Below, one piece after another: positions 21,859-33,329 of a stretch of DNA of 47,842 bases. Both the position numbers and the translations under genes were made by a program. This DNA is from Octopus bimaculoides (lineage: Eukaryota), in the NCBI RefSeq assembly GCF_001194135.2, contig NC_068982.1:47748381-47796222 (forward strand), given 5' to 3'. Position 1 is the stretch's first letter; each line of letters starts with the position of its first letter. The notes below the pieces were generated by a model. It had not been told where the DNA came from and made no database searches. It saw only the letters and a list, made by a program, of their open reading frames with translations.

Positions 21859-22415
21859 TAATGCCCTGATGCAATACCAGGCAGTGGCTCTCATGGCTTT
21901 CGATCTTAGCTGATTGGAAGTGTTATCATGGTGTAAAAGATGCGCTACAGCAAATATTCTGCTCAGTACCTCAGATTTGTATGTGAGTTGTTTGATCTTA
22001 ACCGGTTGAGCATGTCCCTTAGTGACTGACAGTATGTGCATCTCTTATCATGAGCAGAAGTAGTGGGGGAGCATCATAGTCATGTGTTGAGAGGAATTCT
22101 TTAGGGTTTGAATAATTCACCTCTAGAAACATAGGTGTTTCGTTCAACATCCTTAAACAACTTTTCTTCAGGGACTTTTTGAGCAGGATACACTACTTGA
22201 TCTGAAGAAAATTCTGACTGGGCCCCACTGGCTATATCATGCACTGTTTATCTTGATGTGAGTTTTACCATGTTGTACATGTATGGTTGTGATGCACAGG
22301 CTTGCTGTACCCTTATCAGATGGGTAGTCATGATGGGTACATTAGGCTTCATATATTTGTACCACAGTGTCACTTTGATGGCATGTACAGCTCTCTCATT
22401 CGAGAATAGTCATGA
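21859..22415. repeat. Unclassified ~560-bp segment bounded by (AAT)n on both sides
   Basis: Higher-complexity sequence between (AAT)7 and 'gataataataat'. Single copy here; no convincing ORF. Confidence 0.4.
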
Positions 22416-22744
22416 TAATAATAATGCTGATGATGAAAAGTTTTTCTCATGTCATTATTTAGCTCGTGTGCTGTACACTTGAACAATGTGTCTAACTTAT
22501 TTCTGTTCTAGTTTTCCAGGCTAAGCAAATTATGGCTCCACACTTCCTTTACAGTTAAATGGTTAGTGTTAGAAAGGTTATTCAGGTATAAAATTGATTA
22601 CAGTAACAAATAAATTGTCTCATCCATGCAAGCATTGAAAAGCAAATGTAAAAAAGTTCGTGAAATTTGGTTGATGGAAATTGTATGGAACCCATCCTAA
22701 AGATTAACTTGCCCAATTATATATATGTAATATAATATATATAT

Positions 22745-22917
22745 ATACTCTTTACTGCTTACTCTTTTACTTGTTTCAGTCATTTGACTGCGGCCATGGT
22801 GGAGCACCGCCTTTAGTCAAGCAAATCGACCCCAGGACTTATTCTTTGTAAGCCTAGTACTTATTCTATCGGTCTCTTTTGCCGAACTGCTAAGTTACGG
22901 GGACATAAACACACCAA
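22745..22917 (-). mobile_element. SINE family A 3' half (young)
   Basis: Near-consensus tail and body. Confidence 0.9.
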
Positions 22918-22964
22918 GGTGCTAAGCATTTCGCCCGGTGTGCTAACGTTTCTGCCAGCTCGCC
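22918..22964 (-). mobile_element. SINE family B head fragment
   Basis: Reverse complement 'ggcgagctggcagaaacgttagcacaccgggcgaaatgcttagc'. Confidence 0.8.
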
Positions 22965-22965
22965 A

Positions 22966-23090
<125 letters not shown>

Positions 23091-23434
23091 ATTTATATGC
23101 TTATGTATATGTACATCTGCATACAATCTAAATACTCAGTTACATCGAAGTTGAATGGGATTCATCGAGACTGAAATTGAATTCTATTTAAAGCAAAAAC
23201 TAATTATGCACACATATGTTTATACACAGTTATATAATTTGTATGCTCTATGTTATGCAGCATAATAAAAATATATAACTTGTTTATGCATATATATGTA
23301 ACCTAATATTACCTGTCTTCCAATCATTTTTATATTTAACTCACTGAAAAGCAAAATAGACAGTAAAATTATTAGAAAGGTGAACATTACCATGTCACAC
23401 ATTAGAAGCATCAGACAACAAGATGTTATATATC

Positions 23435-23919
23435 TATCTTTTATCTTTTACTTATTTCAGTCATTGAATTGTAGCCTTTCTGGAGCAATACCTTGAATGG
23501 GTTTTAGTCAAGCAAATCAACCCAAGTACTAATTTTAGTCATTGGACAGTGGCCTTGCTGAAGCAATGCCTTAAAGGAGTTTTAGTCAAACAAATCAACC
23601 CCAGTACTAATTTCAGTCACTGGACTGTGGCTTTGCTGGAATGTCACCTTGAAGGGGTTTTAGTCAAACAAATCAACCCCAGAACTTATTTGTTAAAGAC
23701 TAGTACTTATAGTCTGTCTTATTCTATCAGGATCTTTTGCCAAACTGCTAAGTTATGGGGGACAAACCAACACCAGTTGTCAAGTGGCAGTGGCCACATG
23801 CAAGCACAAAGATACACACACAACATATGCATGCATACATACATATTTGCATACATAATGGGCTTCTTGTAGTTTCTGTTTACAAACTCCACTCATAAGA
23901 CCCTGATTGGTCTGGGACA
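23435..23919 (-). mobile_element. SINE family A 3' portion, interrupted by mariner
   Basis: Continues at 24858-24947. The tail module is repeated about three times. Confidence 0.85.
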
Positions 23920-24857
23920 ACGAGGTAGTATCAAAACGTTCTTGGACTAGTTCTATAGCATGCCAACAGATGGCAGCACATGGTTGCATGCAAAGTGAGA
24001 GCTAACAGTGACCTTCATGAGGCAGCGTGGCGAGTGACTTCACTGTGCTTACATTGCAAGTTGTGAAATTTGTGTTTTTGTCATCACGTGTATGTTGTAG
24101 TCTGTGATTTTGTCATAGACAAAATAAGAACATTGTGTTGTTGAAGTCTGTCAAGATCTCTGTCAGTGTGTCGCTGATGATCCAACCTTCATGTCAAGGA
24201 TCCTCACTAGTGATGAAAGGTGGGGTCTGTAGGTATGACCCTGAGACAACACTTCAGTTGTCACAATGGAAGATGTCTTCATCTCCATGACTGAAGGTGA
24301 CATGACAGAGCTGCAGCTCAACCAAGAGAATACTCATCACTTCTTTTGACATCCGTGGTATTGTGCATTGAGAATTGGTCCCCAAGGCCAGACTGTCAAT
24401 CAAGAGTACTGTGACACCTTAAAGCATTTGAGGGAGGACACTCGGCAAAAGAGATTTGATTTGTGGAGCATGAAGAATAGGATTCTCCACAACAACAATG
24501 CACCTTGTCACTGAGCTCTCCTTACTTATGAGTTTTTCACCAAAAACAGTATGGTATCACTTCCACCTCCATCCTACTTGCCAGATTTAGCACCTGTGGA
24601 TTTCTGTCTCGTCCCCAAGATGAAAAAGCAGCTCAAAAGTTGCCATTTTAACACTGTTGTCAAAATCCAGAGTGAATTGCAGAGAGTCCTTGACTCGCTC
24701 ATAGAAAACAACTTCCAGGGCCAGATTCCAAAAGTGGTAGGAATGCTGGGACTGGTGTATTGCTACTATTTCGGAGGAGATGATGTTAAAACCTAGGAAA
24801 ATAAGTTATTTTATATTAACCAAAACTAGTCCAGGTACTTTTTGATACCACCTCATA
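23920..24857 (+). mobile_element. Internally deleted mariner (DD34D) element
   Basis: ~32-bp TIRs acgaggtagtatcaaaacgttcttggactagtt / aactagtccaggtactttttgataccacctcat. Decayed transposase 'ILTSDERW...YDPET...NNAPCH...YLPDLAPVDF' with 34-residue spacing. HTH region deleted. Confidence 0.9.
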
Positions 24858-24947
24858 TGGACTTGTTCAAGGTGCCACTCAGTGGGACTGAACTCAAAAC
24901 CATGTGATTGGGAAAAAAAATTCTTACCACACAGCCATGCCCTGCTG
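24858..24947 (-). mobile_element. SINE family A head (rest of the interrupted copy)
   Basis: 'caaggtgccactcagtgggactgaactc...cttaccacacagccatgcc'. Confidence 0.85.
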
Positions 24948-24984
24948 GCTTGATATTTCTTGGTAATTTGTTCAAAGTGGGTGA

Positions 24985-25180
24985 CTTAAGTTAGTAAATA
25001 TTGATTTCAAATTTTAGCACAAAACTAGCAAATTCAGGAAAGGGGATGAATTGATTACATTGACCCCAGTGCTCAATGATGGACTCTAAAAGGATGAAAG
25101 GCAAAGTTGACCTTAGTGGAATTTGAACTCAGAACGTAAAGCTGGCCAAAATGCTACTAAGCATTTTGCCATGCATGGTA
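24985..25180 (-). mobile_element. SINE family B, long-tail variant
   Basis: 'aggatgaaaggcaaagttgacc...tttgaactcagaacgtaaag...ctaagcattttg'. Confidence 0.8.
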
Positions 25181-25399
25181 ATGATTCACACAAAAACATA
25201 CACACAAAAACATACATATACAGATAGAAAGAGATAGAGGGGGGAGGAAGGAAGGAGCAAGATTACAGTTTATTAACTGAGTACAACATAAGCACTTTCT
25301 CTCCCCTCATACACAGAAAGAGAAACATGCTCATACATGTAAACAGAGAGAGAGAGAGAGAGATACAGATAGCTAAATAGATAGAGAGAAGGAGAGAGA

Positions 25400-25497
25400 G
25401 AGCTAGCTAGCTAAATAGATTGAGAGAGGGAGAGAGAGAAATATAGCTAGATAAAGAGAGGGGGAGAGAGAAGATCAAGAGGGGTCGAGAGAGAGAA

Positions 25498-25576
<79 letters not shown>

Positions 25577-25690
25577 GAGAAAGAGAGAGAGAGAGATAGA
25601 GAGAGAAATAAATAGATAGGTAATGAGAGAGAGAGAGAGGGGAAAGAAAAGTGATAGATAGAGAGAAGGAGGGAGAGAGAGAAAGAAAGA
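25400..25690 (+). repeat. (GA)n-rich purine tract
   Basis: Direct inspection. Confidence 0.9.
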
Positions 25691-26653
25691 AACATTATAA
25701 TTTATTAATTGAAAACGATTGGCACAAACACTTTCTCTCTCCTCATACACTTTAAGAAGAGAAATATGTTCTCATACATAAATAAAGCAAGAGATAGAGG
25801 GTGGAGATCAAAATAAGAGAAACTTTGAAGCATAAATGTCTGAAATCAAATAAGTTGGCATTAAAGCAGCAATGCCTAAGAGGTGGCACCAAAAATCTGT
25901 GACAAAATGTCTCATGCCTGCCATCTTCTGCGCTGTAGAATCTACATTAGAACCTATATCTTTTATCCAATATAGAAAAGTGGGAGTTTGGATATCGAGG
26001 AACATGGCCGATAATTATTTTGCTGTTAATATTTACAATTATTATGATACAAATGTTTACAATATTCAAAACAAATATAATACAAGAAAAAAAAAAACAA
26101 ACAAAAAAAAAACTAATTGATTTGAAGGAAAAATATTTCTCGTTATAATTATTTTCTAAATGCTATTTAGGCTGATTAATATATAATTGAAAATTCTTTT
26201 AGGAAGCATTCCTTTCTTTCAGCACGAAAGATTTAACAAAAATTATGTTGGAAATTTTGGTTAATTACTATGCAAAGTGATTATAATTTGTCAGCATTAG
26301 GTGTCAACATTGTCATAATAAGGTGTTATACTATGCAACATAAAAATTACAAATCGGGTTCTATCTATGTTTTTATTTTTATTTTATTTTATTTAATTGT
26401 CCTTATTGTTTGCTTGGCTCTACATGCTTTCTAGCCTGAAGCTAGTTTCTGTTGTGGAGTTGTTTAGCTGTGTTTAATGAGAACTCTCTGCGTTTAACAA
26501 AAGCATCATTGAAAATTGTGTAGTTTTATTAAACTATAGATAATGTTTCAGTGTTGTTCGGTGAATATTTTAGATTTCTTTCTGTACCATTGTTTTAGCT
26601 ACTGTTTCTCTCTCTCTCTCTATCTCTCTCCTCTCATACACATGCTCATGTAG

Positions 26654-26696
<43 letters not shown>

Positions 26697-26891
26697 CAGA
26701 TAGATTCACAGACATGTGCATGCACACATACACGCATGCAAACACACATGAATAATGTGTGTGTCTGGTGATATGAAGTTCACATGAAAACTTGTCCATT
26801 ATGGTGAAACTGATATTTAGAAGCACTGTGTGGGTATATATGTATGTGCATGCATATATATGTGTGCATGTGTGTGTGTGTGCGCACGTGC

Positions 26892-26923
<32 letters not shown>

Positions 26924-26947
26924 TCGTGTGCGTGTGTATGTGTGAAG

Positions 26948-27280
26948 GTGCATGGCTCTGTGGTTAGAGCATCCGACACACGCTCATGAGATAGTGAGTT
27001 CAAATCCTGGACAAGGTTGTGTTGTGTTCTTGAGCAAGACACTATTTCATGTTACTCCAGTTCACTCAGCTGTAGAAATGAGTTGCGACATCACAGGTGC
27101 CAAGCTGTATCGGCCTTTACCTTTCCCTTGGGTAACATAAGTGGCATGGGGAGAGGAGGCTGTTATGCATGGGCCACTGTTGGCCTTCCACAAAACCAAC
27201 CTTGCCCAAACTTGTGGTCTTGGAAGGTAACTCTGTAGATGCAATCCCATGTCATTCATGACTGAAAGGGGTCTTTGCTC
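26948..27280 (+). mobile_element. SINE family C
   Basis: A-box 'tggctctgtggtt', B-box 'gagttcaaatcc', 'tgttgtgttcttgagcaagacact...ccagttcactcagctgtagaaatgag' CORE-like block. Homologous to 34316-34650. Confidence 0.85.
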
Positions 27281-27676
27281 TTTACCCAATATATTTGTAT
27301 TGTATTTATAATATATCTTCTTGCTCCACATGAGATCATTCCGGGATGTCAATTCCAGCTCAAGAGCACAGTATGTCTTTCATTGGGGTTTTCAGGGCTA
27401 TGGTCTTGGCCCAGCTGCACAATTTAACAGCCAACATGCTGAATGTTTTAATGAGACACCACTCATATGTATGACTATTGGCTGACAATAAGCTCATCCA
27501 ACCTTTATTTTTATCCCTGCAGAGTGTCCACAACACTCTCTTTATCTGTCAAACCAGGTGAGGGAGCTGACTTAGTCACCAACCACTCAACCACAAAATA
27601 GGTGATACTGGGTTACACAGTACCAGTTAGTTGCAAGATTTTCTTCACTTGTCCTAAGTATAATATATAACATATA

Positions 27677-27808
27677 TGGTGTGGCTGTGAGGTAAGAAGC
27701 TTGCTTCCCAATCACATGGTTCTGGGTTCAGTTCCACTGTGTGGCACCTTGAGCAAGTGTTTTCTACCATAGCCTTGAGCCACACAATGCCTTGTTAATG
27801 AATATAGT
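27677..27808 (+). mobile_element. SINE family A 5' half
   Basis: Head plus core. Confidence 0.85.
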
Positions 27809-28109
27809 AATAGATGGATAGATAAATGGATGGATTGGTTAGTTGGCAGGTTGGCATCATGCATGTAGCATTTTATGACCATTTTCTTAATTAAGGAAAA
27901 TGTCCTACCATAATTGTGCTTTGAAGAACAAATGATTGCACACAGTAACTTTTGCAGCTTGATGTGGCAGGCCTGCACCGATGCTAATAATGGCTATACA
28001 AAGATCTAAAAGAAAAGTTTTTGATCAAAGAAATCACTGACTCAAGGCAATTAATTTCTATTGAGTTGTGTACAAAGTACTGGACACATGAAATAAATTG
28101 AAATCTAAG

Positions 28110-28262
28110 GCATAGCTAAGTGGTTTAGAAGTTTGCTTCCTAAACATGTGGTTTTGGGTTCAATCCCACTGCACAGCACCTTTAGCTGACCAAAGCTTTG
28201 TGACTGAATTTGGTAGGCAAAAGCTGAAAGTCCATCATGTATATGTGTGTATGAAAGTGTTT
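28110..28262 (+). mobile_element. SINE family A 5' half, old
   Basis: 'gggttcaatcccactgcacagcacct...gaccaaagctttgtga'. Confidence 0.75.
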
Positions 28263-28399
28263 GTGTTCCTGAGACTGGGGGGAAATATCTATGATTTTAA
28301 CGAATTACCTATTGCAAAAATTGTGGCTAATTTATATGTAATAATTATAAGATGCTGTAGGAATAATGATAAATGATTGGTAAGTCATTTTGGTTTCAT

Positions 28400-28690
28400 T
28401 TTATATGATACTTAAAAGAGGAGAAGCAGTATCCATGACTTTTGCAGGCCAGCAAGGCGTGTGAGGGGGGAATTATAGAAAGTTGCAGTTCTTGAGGTGA
28501 AGGAAAGATGAATTGATCTGTGCATGGAGGAAAGGAGATAGCTAGGATCTGGTTACCCTGGGTATGGAGGACATGCAATTAGCTAGTTTCAGAGGAGCAG
28601 AGATCATTGTAATGGCAATAATAGAAAGAAAGAAACAAAGAGAGGAAGCTGTGCATCTGTGAGCTAGTAATTGCTGCTTGTTGTCGAGGG
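28400..28690 (-). pseudogene. Possible CR1/L2-like LINE C-terminal remnant
   Basis: 'FYYCHYNDLCSSE' resembles FYRYYNGxCSSEL; otherwise weak. Confidence 0.3.
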
Positions 28691-28829
28691 AATCAATGTG
28701 AGTGTTGTTTGAGTTTGTAGAGGGGCTAACAACTGATAATTAGAACCTTCTAGACATTAAATTCAGTGATTATTCAATTGAGGATCAAATTAATGAACAT
28801 GAAAATAACTAAAAAAAAAAAAAAAAAAA

Positions 28830-29085
28830 AATGAGGACGTTTAAACTGGCTGAATCAGAAAGAATATAAACAAATATGAAACAAATATGAATATTTACAC
28901 AATGAAGGAAGAATAGAAGAACCATGTAAAAAGTAAATGGAAGAAAAAATGTGGAACATACTTAAAACTTGCTTGCAAACATTACTAAAAGAAAACAACC
29001 TCTGAAAATAAAAGACAAAGAAGGAAAAAAATTGGATGACTGATCAAATCTCTGTCAAAAATAAAAGAATCAAAATAGATATACT
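28830..29085 (+). pseudogene. RTE (BovB-like) EN-RT linker fragment
   Basis: 'MWNILKTCL...KKNWMTDQI' resembles W..LK.....K..WMT.EI. A-rich and frameshifted. Confidence 0.55.
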
Positions 29086-29315
29086 ATCCTAAATAAACAG
29101 ATTGCTTTTGAATGTTCATTTTACCTCTGTTTTTCCATGCCAGCATGGGTTAGGTGAATACATATTAATGAGGTATTGTTGTACAAGTGGATGCCCTTTG
29201 TGTCATTGGCCCTTGTCTGTTTAGCAAATAAGAGATTTTCTGTGCTGTTTGTTACCGAAAGCACAGAACCAGCAAACAATTTGTTTACAGGGAAGCATCA
29301 ACAAATTTCATTGTT

Positions 29316-29550
29316 TCTTATTTCTTTACTGCCCACAAGGGGCTACACACAGAGGGGACAAACAAGGACAGACAAACGGATTAAGTCGATTATGTCGACC
29401 CCAGTGCATAACTGCTACTTATTTAATTGACCCTGAAAGGATGAAAGGCAAAGTCAACCTCGACGGAATTTGAACTCAGAATGTAGCGGCAGACGAAATA
29501 CCACTAAGCATTTCACCTGGTGTACTAACGTTTCTGCCAGCTCACCACCT
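29316..29550 (-). mobile_element. SINE family B, near full-length, relatively young
   Basis: Head 'ggtgagctggcagaaacgttag', B-box 'gagttcaaattcc', core 'gaggttgactttgcctttcatcctttcagggtcaattaaataagta', tail 'ccccttgtgggcagtaaagaaataa'. Confidence 0.9.
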
Positions 29551-29684
29551 TAAACAACAAACTTCATTGTTTCTGGTTTATTGAAGAATGTAAACATTCA
29601 CATAGACACATGTGCAATGCACATTCAAACACACATATATGTATGACAGAGTATGTGTAATTCCTCTCTACAAAAACCACCCAT

Positions 29685-29808
29685 AAGTCATTGGTCATCT
29701 TGGGGCTCCAGAGCACACACTTGACCAAGGTGCTGTACAGTGAGATTGAACCTAAAAATCACATAGTTGAAAAACAAATTTCTTAACCACTGAAACATAC
29801 CTGTGCCT
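29685..29808 (-). mobile_element. SINE family A 5' half, old
   Basis: 'acacttgaccaaggtgctgtacagtgagattgaacc'. Confidence 0.7.
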
Positions 29809-29823
29809 ATGTAATATATAAAA

Positions 29824-30735
29824 CAGGGTGAGTCAAAAGTAATACCCAGTTTCTGGGAAGTCATGCTTTTCTTTGTTGTTTTGCTGGTTATTACTGACAG
29901 TTTTGAAAGTTACTGAATCTGGATCATGTTTTATATTGTTAATACTCATTGACATCTCAACCTGACCTCTTGCAATGAAAAGAATTGTATTCCAGGCAGG
30001 AAAAACTTTAAAAAGCACAACAGCAAACTAGAAGGCTGAAATGAAGTGCAATAAAGTATAATAAAGTCAAGTATATGTAAACAGGAAGATAGTTTATATA
30101 TAACAGGGAAATGGAGGGCAGTTGCCAGTCCAGCACTATTGATTAATCAGTTGCAGGAAAGGAGGACTGAAACACTTGACTGCCCTGAAAATCCAGGTAT
30201 GCAAGATGATGAAATTGTTCATCATACCTTACTTTGTTGTTTTGCAGGTTATTATTGACAGTTTTGAAACTAATTAAATTTACATCAAGTTGACCCATGA
30301 ATTTGCTTTTGATAAGTCAATGCATAGCAACCATGAATCATTACTATAAATGTCATGGAAACCGATTATTGGCAACATGCCATATATGTGAAGGAATTTG
30401 ATATTACTCCACCCCAAGGAAGAAGCATACATTCGATTGTCAAGAAATTAGAAACAACAGGATCGGTAGCCAGTGTAAAAAAAAAAAAAATTGCTGGTCA
30501 TCCAGAATTGGCTATGAATGAAACCAAGGCTGAAGAAGCCACCAGGAGACTACAGGGAACACTGCAAAAGTCAACTTGTCATTTATCTGCAGAGAGGGGA
30601 GTAAGATAATTAAGTATTATGTGTATCCTTCAAGAAAAAAATGGAAACTTTACATTCCATGCTTACTGCATGCCCTTCTTGATGGAGATGAATACTGTCT
30701 CCAATTTTGCAAGGAGTTCCTGACTAAACTAGTGT
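29824..30735 (+). mobile_element. Tc1/mariner-superfamily 5' fragment (HTH region)
   Basis: TIR-like 'cagggtgagtcaaaagta'. 'PPQGRSIHSIVKKLETTGSV...GHP...KSTCHLS...LLHALLDGD..CLQFCKEFL'. No catalytic domain or right TIR. Confidence 0.7.
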
Positions 30736-30739
30736 GTTC

Positions 30740-31050
30740 GACTGGTACTTACCTTATTGACCCTGAAAGTGTGAAAGGCAAAGTCAACATCAGTGGGACT
30801 GAAATGGATTGGTAATACTCTATATGTACAACTATTGGTTTCAAATTTTGGCACAAGGCCAGCAACTTCAAGGGAGGGGATAATAAGTGAATTATATCTA
30901 CCCTAGGGTTCAACTGCTACTTATTTTATCAATCCCAAAAAGATGAAGGGCAAAGCCGACCTGAGTAGGATTTGAACTCAGAAGGTAAAGTCAGATGAAA
31001 TTCTGCTAAGCATTTTGCTTGGTGTGTTAACAATTCTGTCTGCTGGTGGT
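30740..31050 (-). mobile_element. Two SINE family B fragments
   Basis: 'gaccctgaaagtgtgaaaggcaaagtcaac' and 'gatgaagggcaaagccgacc...tttgaactcagaag'. Confidence 0.75.
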
Positions 31051-31119
31051 AGTCTTATTGTATTGTATAAATATCAATAATCAGACTGTGGCCATGCTAG
31101 GGCACTACCTTGAAGAATT

Positions 31120-31261
31120 TTGTGTGGTAAGAAGCTTGTTTCCCAACCACTGTGTGACTTCCCACTGTGTGACACCTTGGGCAAGTGTCTTCGGCTATAG
31201 CCTCAGGCTGACCGAAGCTTTGTGAGTGGATTTGGTTGATGGAAACTGAAAGAAGCCCATC

Positions 31262-31310
<49 letters not shown>

Positions 31311-31323
31311 CGAGTGTGTATGA

Positions 31324-31361
<38 letters not shown>

Positions 31362-31560
31362 CTGTGTGTCTGTGTTTGTCCCTCCACCATTGCTTGACAA
31401 CCGATGTTGGTGTGTTTATATCTCTTGTAACATAGCAGTTCAGCAAAAGAGATGATAGAATAAGTACTAAGCTTACAAAGAATAAATCCTGGGATCGATT
31501 TGTTCGACTTAAGGTGGTACTCCAGCATGGCCACAGTCAAATGACTGAAACAAAAGAAAA
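31120..31560 (+). mobile_element. SINE family A, near full-length
   Basis: Head, core, (TA)(TG)n, 3' body, tail. Confidence 0.9.
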
Positions 31561-31596
31561 ATGAAGCAACTCCAGAACTAATTGTTTTTCTGTTTT

Positions 31597-31825
31597 TTAA
31601 CTCTTTAGGATTTAAACTGGCCATATCTGGCTCAAATATTCTATTTGTTTTATAAATGAACAAGCCAGTTCTGATCGCTCACACACTGCCCTACAATGTC
31701 ATTCTGAGAATATACATTCACATCACTGAAATTTTGATGCTGCAAGATGATACAGGATTAATCCAAATCAATGTAGATAAATAAGTATTTGATTTGACAG
31801 AATAATCTGAATGCTTAATGGTTAA
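31597..31825. mobile_element. piggyBac-like MITE
   Basis: TTAA-bounded; degenerate TIR ttaactctttaggattta / taatctgaatgcttaatggttaa. Confidence 0.5.
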
Positions 31826-32088
31826 GCCTGGTACCTATTCTATTGATCTCTTTTGCTGACCCACTAATTTAAAGAGATGTAGGCACAAAGAGGCACATAC
31901 ACGCACACATGTGCACGCGCACACACACACGTCAAGCATTTTTCAGTTTCTGTCTGCCGAATACACTCAAAAGGCTTTGGTCTGTCTGAAGCCATAACAT
32001 GATACTTGCTTAAGGTGCCACGAAGCAGGAATGAGCCTAGAGCCATGTGGTCAGGAAGTAAACTTCTTACCTTACAGCCATGCCTACA
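31826..32088 (-). mobile_element. SINE family A, 3'-truncated, old
   Basis: Mid-body to head. Confidence 0.8.
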
Positions 32089-32229
32089 TACACACACACA
32101 CATATATATATATATATATGTATGTATGTATGTTGTGAGTGGGAGCTAGGGAGTGATAAACAGATAACATCCAATATTTGTGTCAGTTTTGCTGTTGTTG
32201 TATATGCATTGGTAAAAACAAAAAAGAGC

Positions 32230-32690
32230 AATTATTTAGGGTTAGAGCAATGAGATTCAAGAACCAAATAACTGGACATTCAAAGCCAAGATGGTGCAAA
32301 ACTTAATAACCAGAATAAAAATCCAAAGAAATTTATGATAAAATAATGAAATCACAAACACCAAATGCATGAATGAACAAATTGGCTACATTAAGGACAA
32401 AAATAGGAAAATACTGTTTGATGAGGAACTGAATGTATTGAGATAGGTTAAATGCATAAAAGAACTGTACTATGTTGAGAACAGACAATATTTGCTTAAT
32501 TTTGAAGCTATTAATGGAAGTAAAATCTTAAAAGAAGTTGAAAGGCAACAATGTCAGTGAAAATGGAAAAGCAACTGCAGTGAATGAAATAGCAGCAGAA
32601 ACATTAAAGGAATTAGATAAGCACAATGTAGATCTAACAACAGACCTATGTAATTTACTATGTGTGAGTAATGTAATATATGATACAAGG
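32230..32690 (+). pseudogene. RTE (BovB-like) RT N-terminal fragment
   Basis: 'IKDKNRKILFDEE...IKELY...GSKILKEV...GKATAVNEIAAETLKELD....LTTDLCNLL' resembles IKDKxGxIL.E...W..Y..ELY...IL..EV...KA.G.D.I..E.LK.L.....L..LCN.I. Confidence 0.8.
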
Positions 32691-32830
32691 CAGAATTTGG
32701 CAGAGTTGATAGAGCTTTGGGTAGAGTGCCTTATAATATTTGCTCCAATGCTTTGTAGACTGAGTTCAAATCCTAAGGAAGTCAACTTAGCCTTACATCT
32801 TTTCAGGGTTGATTAAAATATACAAATCCT
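32690..32830 (+). mobile_element. SINE family B 5' part, old
   Basis: 'ctgagttcaaatcctaaggaagtcaacttagccttacatcttttcagggttgattaaaata'. Confidence 0.7.
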
Positions 32831-32929
32831 GGGCTGCATATTGATGGAACTTTTAGATGCTCAGGCAAAAATACTTTTTGGTATCTCTTGTTTGGCTTAA
32901 TTGCATTCTGACAGAAATTTTTGCAATAG

Positions 32930-33055
32930 CACTGGTGCCAAGCTGTACTGGCCCAAGAAGGTGGCCATTCCCTGAGATAAACATCAGTGGTGTGGAGAAG
33001 GGGAAGACTTGAATGTATGGGGAACTGCCAGTGTTTCTCAAAATATCTTGTTGAG
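32930..33055 (+). mobile_element. SINE family C mid fragment
   Basis: 'ggtgccaagctgtactggcc...cagtggtgtggagaagggg'. Confidence 0.55.
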
Positions 33056-33191
33056 GCCTGCTCATACAATGTGAAAATAATGGTCAACTTTCACAGACAG
33101 AAACCTTACAATATATGATACATAAGCAATTGAGTACATTATTTACATTATTTACATTTGACGGATATTTGTCCTCATCTTGTTTGTTGTT

Positions 33192-33237
33192 AACGCAACG
33201 TTTCGGCTGATATACCCTCCAGCCTTCTTCAGGTGTC
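33192..33237 (-). ncRNA. Minimal type I hammerhead ribozyme (PLE-associated)
   Basis: GACAC-CTGAAGA-A-GGCTG(gagggtatat)CAGCC-GAAA-CGTT|GCGTT. Palindromic ACGT stem III; cleavage predicted between 33197 and 33196. Confidence 0.8.
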
Positions 33238-33285
33238 TTGGGGAAATTTCGAACCTGGGTTCTCATTCCTAAGGTATTTGTTTGA

Positions 33286-33325
<40 letters not shown>

Positions 33326-33329
<4 letters not shown>

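Noticed and set aside
23440-23690. Regularly spaced repeats as a CRISPR-like array
   Set aside because: Eukaryotic SINE tail duplication; no unique spacers and no cas genes.
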